Positions 42,630 to 54,495 of a stretch of DNA of 64,000 nucleotides are shown in pieces. The position numbers and the translations under genes are program-made. The stretch comes from Eledone cirrhosa (lineage: Eukaryota). The notes under the pieces were generated by a model, which was given only the letters and a program-made list of their open reading frames with translations, had not been told where the DNA came from and ran no database searches. Each line of letters begins with the position of its first letter. Within the stretch, counting starts at the first letter, position 1. The stretch covers positions 44,516,001 through 44,580,000 of the forward strand of contig OZ024743.1 of assembly GCA_964016885.1 (NCBI GenBank), written 5' to 3'.

Positions 42630-43135
42630 CCGCCGTTTTTGGTTTGTTTGGCCTCTATAACCTATGTTTATTGCTATGGTCTTGTTTTAGTCCATTGAGC
42701 TGTTGCCGCATGTCTCGAAAATTGCGTTTCGTAATCACTACAACACATTATTACTTCCGGGATCCCGCTCGCTGGCTGAGAACAAAATACCTGTTGACGA
42801 AGTGGCACCCTTGTTCGACCATTATACGAAAAGCTTAATATGGAAGCAGGTAGTATAATTGATTTAGGTGTCGCAGAAACGTTTCACTGGGTTATACCAT
42901 CAATTCCAGGGGTCCAGGTAAATCTTTTAGTTTGATCTGTTTAGCTTGCTTCGTTTTTTGGGGCTTCGGTGGCCGATGGATCTATGACCGCCGTTTTCAG
43001 TTCGTTTGGCCTCTATAACCTATGTTTATTGCTCTGGTCTTCTTTTAGTCCATTGTGCGATTGCCGCATGTCTCGAAAATTGCGTTTGGCTTTTTGTTTT
43101 CCCACTGCCGAAATTCGATCTCGCTGAAATTACAT
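42626..43135 (+). repeat. Non-coding element with a 104-bp direct repeat (period 358 bp) between (TA)n tracts
   Basis: 42626-42729 is repeated at 42984-43087; a degenerate HHR-like motif lies at 42791-42843. Confidence 0.7.
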
Positions 43136-43425
43136 TTATATTTATATATATATATATATATATATACATACATACATGTATAAATATATATATACATATA
43201 TATATATATAAGGGATAAGAAAATATCGTTATAGGTAATCCAGTTAGAGGTTAAGACTGTAAATAAAACCCCCTTTTTGTACTGTTGACCATATTATTCT
43301 TCACTCTTTCAATACACACACATATATATATATATGCATGTGGGGGTGTATGTATGTTTGTGTGTGTGCGTGCGTATTAAGAAAAGGAGGAGTGTCGGTA
43401 TCACACATTCAATACATCAAGTCAT

Positions 43426-43498
43426 CCTGTTATGTACATTTCGAATGTGAAGAAAGGTCATTATTCAACGATTATTGAAGACATTTTCATCAGATAAG
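43426..43498 (-). ncRNA. Slightly degenerate type I hammerhead ribozyme near the end of a non-coding remnant (about 43376-44100)
   Basis: CUUAU CUGAUGA A[AAUGU...ACAUU]C GAA AU[GUAC]AU A ACAGG. Confidence 0.7.
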
Positions 43499-44097
43499 CT
43501 GTTCCAAAATAAATAAAAAGCAAATTAGATTTTTATTTACATTCTATCTGACGAAATCTTATTAAATGAACGTTGAATCACGACATTTCTGTACATTCGA
43601 TATGTACATAACAGGACGGCGTCATGGAATAAAAACGATGTTGAATATGTGATGCCGTCTTTCTTCTTTTTCCTAATGTTGATACTCCGTCTGATACTAT
43701 ACATATAATACGTTGTGGTGTCCGTGAAATCGAATGCTTCCACCTGATTACACCATTGTTGTTCGATTGATTCGATCAGCCTACACTGATTATCATAATA
43801 TACATATATTGGTGTATTAGTGTATACATTCATTTCCTGATGGTTCACCAGTCTCAGCGCTGAATATTAATACGTGAATCCAACTACCGATGTGGGATTC
43901 GTCCTTTGCATTCTACCAGTTTTGGTATCCATAACAAGCAAAGGTTTAAAAATAAGAAGCGGGAATTAAGTATCAACATAGCATCAATTTATTCACACTT
44001 GACACGTGTTAGCAATCGATTAGATCAAGGTAGGATTCGTCGTGATCGGGCCTATCTCTGGAATCAATATGTCATTCAAGAATCAAGACGTTTGATG

Positions 44098-44159
<62 letters not shown>

Positions 44160-44399
44160 CCGAGAACAATTTGTTAAACCTCAAACGGATCATCAGCTCG
44201 AGTTAAATGAGATAATACGGAAAAGGAAAACGATGGCACAAATAGAAATGTGCAGAAGATATTCTCAAAGGGGGGATAACTCACGTTAGATGGATAATGG
44301 GAGGCATATACGAAAGATCAGAATACAATAGATTATTCATGATGCTTGGTCTAGGGTTGTTACGTCCGATAGTCAGTTGGGGAGTCTAAAATTAAATTA

Positions 44400-44800
44400 C
44401 ACAATAAATGTTTCGAAACGAGGGGACAACGTGCGTAGAAATCGGATCTCGTGTTTAGACAAGTGCTACTACGTAATCTCCTCGGGATATTGAGGCCCAC
44501 ATCACCAACAACCCTAAGGGTACAACCCCCACCAGGAAGCTCTTGTCGAAGGCCCGAAGCTTGTCCCCTTCAACAATGCAACACAACCGCTGTAATTTAT
44601 GAAACTGTAATCACTTCTAACCGACCTAATTAACAACAAGAGGTCAAATCCTATGTAAGTATGGCGGGGGGCCGGTTTAAAGAACGCTTCCTGAATCATC
44701 GGTCGATATTTAGGCACCCGGAGAAACGATCGTCCAAGAAGCTCGCAAGCCACATATGGTCCCACAAGAAAAATGAGTGCGCAGTGGAACATCAGCATAA
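44400..44800 (+). mobile_element. Hydra-clade-like PLE GIY-YIG remnant
   Basis: SCRRPEACPL..CNTTAVIY ... SYVSMAGGRFKERFLNHRSIFRHPEKR....LASHIW. Confidence 0.8.
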
Positions 44801-45044
44801 AAGGTCATCATGTAACATCTCTTAGGAGATATTTGCGAAAGGAGAAATGTGGATTCATTTTATGCATATAAACGTTACTGGGTGTATAAAAACAAACTCT
44901 AAGCAATTTAATTCATAATGCGTCTTATCTCACGATGGTTTTCAAAGTTAAATATTATCTAAGACTTTAAAGGTCTATAAGGAAACAAACGGAAACAAAC
45001 GATAGAAACATAAATAAGAGAAAACATATAAAACTGCTAAAGAA

Positions 45045-46815
45045 GTGATTTTTAGTCGGCACCTCTCAGACAGTTGGAACTGGCTGATCAGGTAATTGAG
45101 GCTTTTGCACCCCCGGCCCTATCGGCTGTTCCCACACAATCCCAGTGTGCGTTTAAAATATTGTTCCAGACCCCCGCTAACAGCAAAGTGCGAAACGTAC
45201 AGAGAAAGGCTTCCAGACGTCTAAAAAAATCCGGTCGTCCGGCCCCAGTAGGGGCGTAGGCAACTACCAGTCTAATCTTAATATGACCATCTTGGCAGGT
45301 TAAAGAGAGAGAGCAAAGGTTTACTTACCTCCCGGGGTCTTGTGAAGGTCGGGTAGTTCGACATCTATAGTTAGTAGGGTTTCTTTTGAGAACCCCTTTA
45401 AAATTCTCGATGTTGGTTTTGCTTTCGGGGTTCCCGTGTTCTGATAAAGCTCTGTCGAATTCCTTTGTAGGAATCGAGTGACATTCACTCCAGAAACAAA
45501 TATTCTGGCATGCGAAATGTGCTCAATTAAAAAATCTCCCTCTCTGTTTGAATTTCTTCGCTTCGTGCTACGAGGGCCATCAATTTCGTGTTAGCCCTTC
45601 TGACAAGCATGACGTTTTTTATATTTTGTTGGTGCAGTTTTATTGGTTTTCGTTTGGGTGACTGTGTCGGTGATGGTTTTGTTGGCGTTGTTTCGGGTAT
45701 GTCTGTGTTTGTTGTAGGTGTGGTGTCTGGAATTTCAGGTGTCTGTGTTTATTTGTTCTTGTGTCTGTTTAGGTTTTTTGAGTTTGGGCGATTGTGGTAG
45801 GGTGGTGGGGAATGGGAGAGATTTCCTCGTTTTACCCTGGGTTAGTTCTGGTGGTGGTGGTGGTTCGACTTATTTTCTGTTGTTGGGACTGCGGATGTCA
45901 GTGTTGGTGGAGCTTCCCGTCTCTGCATTGGCGTTGGCAGCAAAGGAGATTTTGGGCCCCTGCATTTTTGAGCTGAGGGCAGAAGGGGCGCAGATGTATT
46001 GTTTCACCGCAGACGAAACAGTGTGGCCCTCTTCCCTCAGTAATCAACTGAATCATTGACCCATTTTGTAGGCGGATGAAGTCTGGGATATTATTTAGCT
46101 CTTCTGGTTTTATTTGGAGAGAATCTTCAAATCCACCCCAGACCAGTCCTCTCTGTCAGTCTTTTTGATAACTACGAAGATAGTGTGTGTACACTAGGTT
46201 CATTTCTGGTTGGATCCTAGGAATGCAGACCTTCGCTGTTATTTTGCCCATTTAGGACTGGTACATAATCATGCGTTCCTTTCTACAAGGGAACACGAAA
46301 TGCTTAATGGTAAGTGCCTCGGTTTTGGACAGCACCGAGCTGGTACCGAACTGCCTGGCCATTGCTTTGTATTCAATATCCTCTTTGATGCATTCCAAAG
46401 CAGCCTCGACTTCTGCCTGGCTGACGAGTTCCACCTTGCGAGTCTGCACTGAAATACATCGACAAATGTAAAGTCCTCCTCTGCATTGCCGCCATTGCTT
46501 CGTCCCTGATATTTAGGTTGGCCCAGGGTTTCTTGCGTTTAATTAATTTTCATGCCTGGGCCACTTGTTGCTACTTGTGTGTAATATCGACGTTAAAATA
46601 AAACCTTTGTTTTCGCAGCAGCCGCCGCCGCGATTGTGCTGTTGTTGTTTAGTTTGTTGCTGCTCTCCCTGTTGCTCTTGTTGTTGTTGTTGGTGGTGTT
46701 GGTGTTGTCATTATTGCAGTTTTTGTTGGTGTTGTTGTTGTTTAGTTTGTTGTTGTTGCTGCTATCGTTATTAATGTTTACATTGAGGCTGTTAATGTTG
46801 TCGTTGTTGTTTTTC
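45045..46815 (-). mobile_element. Tx1/L1-like LINE remnant, copy 3 (ORF1 plus APE fragment)
   Basis: QTRKVELVSQAEVEAALE matches copy 2 ORF1; YAPTGAGRPDFFRRLE matches ORF2 of 60118-61767. Confidence 0.85.
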
Positions 46816-49800
46816 TTACTTGTTGTTGTTGTAGTGGTAGGGGTTGTGGTGTTGACAGTGGTTGGTAGTGGTGGTGACGGTGGTTGGTAGTGGTGGTAGG
46901 GGTAGCGTTGGTGACAGTGGTTGGTAGTGGTGGTAAGGGTGGTTGAAAGGGGTGGTAGGGGTAGCGGTGGTGAAGATGGCTGGTTGTGGTGGTAGGGTAG
47001 TGGTGGTGAAGGTGGTTGGTAGTGGTGGTGACGGTGGTTGAAAGTGGTGGTAGGGGTAGCGTTGGGGACAGTTGTTGGTAGTGGTGGTGACGGTGGTTGT
47101 TAGTGCTGGTAGTGGTAGCGGTGGTGAAAATGGCATGATGTGGTGGTAGTGGTAGTGGTGGTGACGGTGGTTGGTAGTGGTAGCGGTGGTGACGGTGGTT
47201 GGTAGTGGTGGTAGTGGTAGCGGTGGTGAAGATGGCTGGTTGTCGTGGTAGGGGTAGTGGTGGTGACGGTGGTGGGTAGTGGTGGTAGTGGTAGTGGTGT
47301 TGACGGTGGTGTTGACGGTGGTGGGTAGTGGTGGTAGTGGTAGTGGTGTTGACGGTGGTGGGTAGTGGTGGTAGGGATAGTGGTGGTGAAGGTGGTTGGT
47401 AGTGGTGGTAGAGGTAGTGGTGGTGACGTTGTTTGCTAGTGGTGGTAGGGGTAGTGGTGGTGACGGTGATTAGTAGTGGTGGTAGTGGTAGTGGTGGTGA
47501 CGGTGGTTGTTAGTGCTGGTAGTGGTAGCGGTGGTGAAGATGGCTGGTTGTGGTGATAGTGGTAGTGGTGTTGACGGTGGTGGGTAGTGGTGGTAGGGGT
47601 AGTGGTGGTGAAGGTGGTTGGTAGTGGTGGTAGAGGTAGTGGTGGTGACGGTGCTTGGGAGTGGTGGTAGGGGTAGTTCTGGTGAAGGTGGTTGGTAGTG
47701 GTGGTAGGGGTAGTGGTGGTGACGGTGGTTGGTAGTGGTGGTAGTGGTAGTGGTGGTAGGGTTAGTGGTGGATGCGTGGTTGGTAGTGGTAGTAGTGGTA
47801 GTGGTGGTGACGGTGGTTGATAGTTGTGGTAGCGGTGGTGAAGAAGGCTGGTTGTAGTGGTAGGGGTAGTGGTGGTGGCGGTGGTTGGTTGTGGTGGTAG
47901 TGGTAGTGGTGGTGACGGTGGTTGGTTGTAGTGGTAGTGGTGGTGACGGTGGTAGTGGTAGTGGTGGTAAGGGTAGTGGTGGTGACGGTGGTTGGTAGTG
48001 GTGGTAGGGGTAGTGGTGGTGATGGTGGTTGGTAGTGGTGGTAGTGGTAGTGGTGGTGACGGTGCTTGGTAGTGGTGGTGGCGGTGGTTGGTAGTGGTGG
48101 CAGGGGTAGTGTTGGTGACGGTGGTTGGTAGTGGTGGTAGTGGTAGTGGTGGTGACGGTGGTTGGCAGTGGTGGCAGGGGTAGTGGTGGTGACGGTGGTT
48201 GGTAGTGGTGGTAGTGGTAGTGGTGGTGACGGTGGTTGGTAGTGGTGGCAGGGGTAGTGGTGGTGACGGTGGTTGGTAGTGGTGGTAGTGGTAGTGGTGG
48301 TGACGGTGGCTGGTAGTGGTGGTAGGGGTAGTGTTGGTGACGGTGGTTGGTAGTAGTGGTAGAGGTAGTGGCGGTGACGTTGGTTGGTAATGGTGGTAGA
48401 GGTAGTGGTGGTGACGGTGGTTGCTAGTGGTGGTAGGGGTAGTGGTGGTAGTGGTGGTGACGGTGGTTCGTAGTGCTGGTAGTGGTGTGGTGGTGGCGGT
48501 GCTTTGTAGTGGTGGTAGTGGGGTGGTGGCGGTGGTTGGTAGTGGTGGTAGTGGTGTGGTGGTGGCGGTGGTTGGTTGTAGTGGTAGTGGTAGTGGTGGT
48601 GACGGTGGTTGGTAGTGGTGGTAGAGGTAGTAGTGGTGACGGTGGATGGTATTGTGGTAGTGGTGTGGTGGTGGCGGTGGTTGGTAGTGGTGGTAGTGGT
48701 AGTGGTGGTACGGTGGTTGGTAGTGGTGGTAGTGGTGTGGTGGTGGCGGTGGTTGGTTGTAGTGGTAGTGGTAGTAGTGGTGGCGGTGGTTGGTTGAAGT
48801 GGTAGTGGTGGTGACGGTGGTTGGTAGTGGTGGTAGTGGTAGTGTTGGTGGCGGTGGTTGGTAGCGGTGGTAGTGGTGTGGTGTTGGCGGTGGTTGGTTG
48901 TAGTGGTAGTGGTAGTGGTGGTGGCCGTGGTTGGTTGTAGTGGTAGTGGTAGTGGTGGTACGGTGGTTGGTAGTGGTGGTAGTGGTGTGGTGGTGGCGGT
49001 GGTTGGTTGTAGTGGTAGTGGTAGTGGTGGTGACGGTGGTTGGTAATGGTGGTAGTGGTGTGGTGGTGGCGGTGGTTGATTGTAGTGGTAGTGGTAGTGT
49101 TGGTGACGGTGGTTGGTCGTGGTGGTAGGGGTAGTGGTGGTGGCGGTGGTTGGTAGTGGTAGTGGTGGTGACGGTGGTTGGTTGTAGTGGTAGTGGTAGT
49201 GGTGGTGACGGTGGTTGTTTGTAGTGGTAGTGGTAGTGGTGGTACGGTGGTTGGTAGTGGTGGTAGTGGTGTGGTGGTGGCGGTGGTTGGTTGTAGTGGT
49301 AGTGGTAGTGGTGGTGACGGTGGTTGGTAATGGTGGTAGTGGTGTGGTGGTGGCGGTGGTTGATTGTAGTGGTAGTGGTAGTGGTGGTGACGGTGGTTGG
49401 TCGTGGTGGTAGGGGTAGTGGTGGTGGCGGTGGTTGGTAGTGGTAGTGGTGGTGACGGTGGTTGGTTGTAGTGGTAGTGGTAGTGGTGGTGACGGTGGTT
49501 GTTTGTAGTGATAGTGGTAGTGGTGTTGACGGTGGTGGGTAGTGGTGGTAGGGGTAGTGGTGGTGAAGGTGGTTGGTAGTGGTGGTAGAGGTAGTGGTGG
49601 TGACGGTGCTTGGGAGTGGTGGTAGGGGTAGTTCTGGTGAAGGTGGTTGGTAGTGGTGGTAGGGGTAGTGGTGGTGACGGTGGTTGGTAGTGGTGGTAGT
49701 GGTAGTGGTGGTAGGGTTAGTGGTGGATGCGTGGTTGGTAGTGGTAGTAGTGGTAGTGGTGGTGACGGTGGTTGATAGTTGTGGTAGCGGTGGTGAAGAA

Positions 49801-52800
49801 GGCTGGTTGTAGTGGTAGGGGTAGTGGTGGTGGCGGTGGTTGGTTGTGGTGGTAGTGGTAGTGGTGGTGACGGTGGTTGGTTGTAGTGGTAGTGGTGGTG
49901 ACGGTGGTAGTGGTAGTGGTGGTAAGGGTAGTGGTGGTGACGGTGGTTGGTAGTGGTGGTAGGGGCAGTGGTGGTGACGGTGGTTGGTAGGGGTGGTAGG
50001 GGTAGTGGTGGTGATGGTGGTTGGTAGTGGTGGTAGTGGTAGTGGTGGTGACGGTGCTTGGTAGTGGTGGTAAGGGTCAGTGGTGGTGGCGGTGGTTGGT
50101 AGTGGTGGCAGGGGTAGTGTTGGTGACGGTGGTTGGTAGTGGTGGTAGTGGTAGTGGTGGTGACGGTGGTTGGCAGTGGTGGCAGGGGTAGTGGTGGTGA
50201 CGGTGGTTGGTAGTGGTGGTAGTGGTAGTGGTGGTGACGGTGGTTGGTAGTGGTGGCAGGGGTAGTGGTGGTGACGGTGGTTGGTAGTGGTGGTAGTGGT
50301 AGTGGTGGTGACGGTGGCTGGTAGTGGTGGTAGGGGTAGTGTTGGTGACGGTGGTTGGTAGTAGTGGTAGAGGTAGTGGCGGTGACGTTGGTTGGTAATG
50401 GTGGTAGAGGTAGTGGTGGTGACGGTGGTTGCTAGTGGTGGTAGGGGTAGTGGTGGTAGTGGTGGTGACGGTGGTTCGTAGTGCTGGTAGTGGTGTGGTG
50501 GTGGCGGTGCTTTGTAGTGGTGGTAGTGGGGTGGTGGCGGTGGTTGGTAGTGGTGGTAGTGGTGTGGTGATGGCGGTGGTTGGTTGTAGTGGTAGTGGTA
50601 GTGGTGGTGACGGTGGTTGGTAGTGGTGGTAGAGGTAGTAGTGGTGACGGTGGATGGTATTGTGGTAGTGGTGTGGTGGTGGCGGTGGTTGGTAGTGGTG
50701 GTAGTGGTAGTGGTGATACGGTGGTTGGTAGTGGTGGTAGTGGTGTGGTGGTGGCGGTGGTTGGTTGTAGTGGTAGTGGTAGTAGTGGTGGCGGTGGTTG
50801 GTTGAAGTGGTAGTGGTGGTGACGGTGGTTGGTAGTGGTGGTAGTGGTAGTGTTGGTGGCGGTGGTTGGTAGCGGTGGTAGTGGTGTGGTGTTGGCGGTG
50901 GTTGGTTGTAGTGGTAGTGGTAGTGGTGGTGGCGGTGGTTGGTTGTAGTGGTAGTGGTAGTGGTGGTACGGTGGTTGGTAGTGGTGGTAGTGGTGTGGTG
51001 GTGGCGGTGGTTGGTTGTAGTGGTAGTGGTAGTGGTGGTGACGGTGGTTGGTAATGGTGGTAGTGGTGTGGTGGTGGCGGTGGTTGATTGTAGTGGTAGT
51101 GGTAGTGTTGGTGACGGTGGTTGGTCGTGGTGGTAGGGGTAGTGGTGGTGGCGGTGGTTGGTAGTGGTAGTGGTGGTGACGGTGGTTGGTTGTAGTGGTA
51201 GTGGTAGTGGTGGTGACGGTGGTTGTTTGTAGTGGTAGTGGTAGTGGTGGTGACGGTGGTTGGTAGTGGTGGTAGGGGCAGTGGTGGTGGCGGTGGTTGG
51301 TAGTGGTGGTACGGATAGTGGTGGTGACGGTGGTTGGTAGTGGTGGTAGTGGTAGTGGTGGTGACGGTGGTTGGCAGTGGTGGTAGGGGCAGTGGTGGTA
51401 GCGGTGGTTCGTAGTGGTGGTAGTGGTAGTGGTGGTAACGGTGGTTGGTAGTGATAGTAGGGGTAGTGGTGGTGAAGATAGCTGGTAGTGGTGGTAGTGG
51501 TAGTGGTGGTGAAGATAGCTGGTAGTGGTGGTAGTGGTAGTGGTGGTGAAGATAGCTGGTAGTGGTGGTTGGTAGTGGTGGTGGTGGTAGTGGTGGTGAC
51601 GGTGATTGGTAGTGGTGGTAGTGGTAATGGTGGTGACAGTGGTTGGTAGTGGTGGTAGTGGTAGTGGTGGTGACGGTGGTAGTGGTAGTGGTGGTGACGG
51701 TGGTTGGTAGTGGTGGTAGCGCTGTGATGGTGGCGGTGGTTGGTTGTGGTGGTAGTGGTGTGGTGGTGGCGGTGGTTGGTAGTTGTGGTAGAGGTAGTGG
51801 TGGTGGCGGTGGTTGGTTGTAGTGGTAGTGGTAGTGGTGGTGACGGTGGTTGGTAGTGGTGGCAGTGGTAGTGGCGGTGACGGTGGTTGGTAGTGGTGGT
51901 AGTGGTAGTGGTGGTGGCGGTGGTTTGTAGTGGTGGTAGGGATAGTGGTGGTGACGGTGGTTGGTAGTGGTGGTAGGGGTAGTGGTGGTGACGGTGGTTG
52001 GTAGTGGTGGTGACGGTGGTTGGTAGTGGTGGCAGTGGTAGTGGCGGTGACGGTGGTTGGTAGTGGTGGTAGTGGTAGTGGTGGTGGCGGTGGTTGGTAG
52101 TGGTGGCAGTGGTAGTGGCGGTGACGGTGGTTGGTAGTGGTGGTAGTGGTAGTGGTGGTGGCGGTGGTTTGTAGTGGTGGTAGGGGTAGTGGTGGTGACG
52201 GTGGTTGGTAGTGGTGGCAGTGGTAGTGGCGGTGACGGTGGTTGGTAGTGGTGGTAGTGGTAGTGGTGGTGGCGGTGGTTTGTAGTGGTGGTAGGGATAG
52301 TGGTGGTGACGGTGGTTGGTAGTAGTGGTAGGGGTAGTGGTGGTGACGGTGGTTGGTAGTGGTGGCAGTGGTAGTGGCGGTGACGGTGGTTGGTAGTGGT
52401 GGTAATGGTAGTGGTGGTGGCGGTGGTTTGTAGTGGTGGTAGGGATAGTGGTGGTGACGGTGGTTGGTAGTGGTGGTAGGGGTAGTGGTGGTGACGGTGG
52501 TTTGTAGTGGTGGTGACGGTGGTTGATAGTGGTGTTAGTGGTAGTGGTGGTGACGGTGGTTGGTAGTGGTGGTAGTGGTAGTGGTGGTGGCGGTGGTTTG
52601 TAGTGGTGGTAGGGATAGTGGTGGTGACGGTGGTTGGTAGTGGTGGTAGGGGTAGTGGTGGTGACGGTGGTTGGTAGTGGTGGTGACGGTGGTTGGTAGT
52701 GGTGGTAGTGGTAGTGGTGGTGACGGTGGTTGGTAGTGGTGGTAGTGGTAGTGGTGGTGGCGGTGGTTTGTAGTGGTGGTAGGGATAGTGGTGGTGACGG

Positions 52801-54495
52801 TGGTTGGTAGTGGTGGTAGGGGTAGTGGTGGTGACGGTGGTTGGTAGTGGTGGTGACGGTGGTTGGTAGTAGTGGTAGTGGTAGTGGTGGTGACGGTGGT
52901 TGGTAGTGGTGGTGACGGTGGTTGGTAGTGGTGGTAGTGGTAGTGGTGGTGGCGGTGGTTTGTAGTGGTGGTAGGGATAGTGGTGGTGACGGTGGTTGGT
53001 AGTGGTGGTAGGGGTAGTGGTGGTGACGGTGGTTGGTAGTGGTGGTGACGGTGGTTGGTAGTGGTGGTAGTGGTAGTGGTGGTGACGGTGGTTGGTAGTG
53101 GTGGTGACGGTGGTTGGTAGTGGTGGTAGTGGTAGTGGTGGTGGAGGTGGTTTGTAGTGGTGGTAGGGATAGTGGTGGTGACGGTGGTTGGTAGTGGTGG
53201 TACTGGTAGTTGTGGTGACGTCAGTTGGTAGTGGTGGTATGAGCAGTGGTGGTGACGGTGGTTGGTAGTGGTGGTAGTGGTAGTGGTGGTGACGGTGGTT
53301 GGTAGTGGTGGTGACGGTGGTTGGTAGTGGTGGTAGTGGTAGTGGTGGTGGTGGTGGTTGGTAGTTGTGGTAGGGGTTGTGGTTGGTAGTGGTGGTAGGG
53401 GTAGTGGTGGTAGGGGTAGTGGTGGTGGCGGTGATTGGTGGTGGTGGTAGAGGTAGTGGTGGTGACAGTGGTTGGTAGTGGTGGTAGGGGTAGCGGTGGT
53501 GAAGAAGGCTGGTTGTAGTGGTAGGGGCAGTGGTGGTGGCGGTGGTTGGTAGTGGTGATAGTGGTAGTGGTGGTGGCGGTGGTAGGTAGGGGTGGTAGTG
53601 GTAGTGGTGGTGGCGGTGGTTGGTAGTGGTGGTAGGGGCAGTGGTGGTGATGGTGTTTGGTTGTAGTGGTAGTGTTAGCAGTGGTGGCGGTGATTGGTAG
53701 TGGTGGTAGTGGTAGTGGTGTTGACGGTGGTTGGTAGGGGTGGTAGTGGTAGTGTTGGTGACGTTGGTTGGTAGCGGTGGTAGGGGTAGTGGTGGTGACG
53801 GTGGTTGGTAGTGGTGGTAGGGGTAGTGGTGGTGACGGTGGTTGGTAGTGGTGGTAGGGGTCTTGGTGGTGGCGGTGGTTGGTAGTGGTGGTAGGGGTCT
53901 TGGTGGTGACGCTGGTTGGTAGTGGTGGTAGGGGTAGTGGTGGTGACGGTGGTTGGTAGTGGTGGTAGGGGTAGTGGTGGTGACGGTGGTTGGTAGTGGT
54001 GGTAGGGGTCTTGGTGGTGGCGGTGGTTTGTAGTGGTGGTAGTGGTAGTGGTGGTTGGTAATGGTGGTAGCGGTATTGGTGGTAGTGGTAGTGGTGGTAG
54101 GGGTAGTGGTGGTGACGGTGGTTGGTAATGGGGGTAGTGGTGTGGTGGTGGCGGTTGTTGGTAGTGGTGGTAGTGGTGTGGTGGTGGCGGTGGTTGGTAG
54201 TGGTGGTAGTCGTTGGTAGTGGTGGTAGTGGTGTGGTGGTGGCGGTGGTTGGTTGTAGTGGTAGTGGTAGTGGTGGTGACGGTGGTTGGTAGTGGTGGTA
54301 GTGGTGGTGACGGTGGATGGTAGTGGAGGTAGTGGTAATGGTGGTGACGGTGGTTGGTAGTGGTGGTAGTGGTGGTGACGGTGGTTGGTAGTGGTGGTAG
54401 TAGTAGTGGTGGTGACGGTGGTTTGTAGTGGCGGTGACGGTGGTTGGTAGTGGTGGTAGGGGTAGTGGTGGTGACGTCGGTTGGTTGTGGTGATA
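46816..54495. repeat. 7.7-kb GGT/AGT-rich minisatellite with an approximately 37-bp unit and a 2-kb higher-order duplication
   Basis: Recurrent unit GGTAGTGGTGGTGACGGTGGTTGGTAGTGGTGGTAG(T/G). Rare variants recur at offsets of 1955-2008 bp. Confidence 0.95.

Noticed and set aside
46816-54495. Telomeric repeat array
   Set aside because: The array is not (TTAGGG)n; it is a degenerate GGT/AGT minisatellite.
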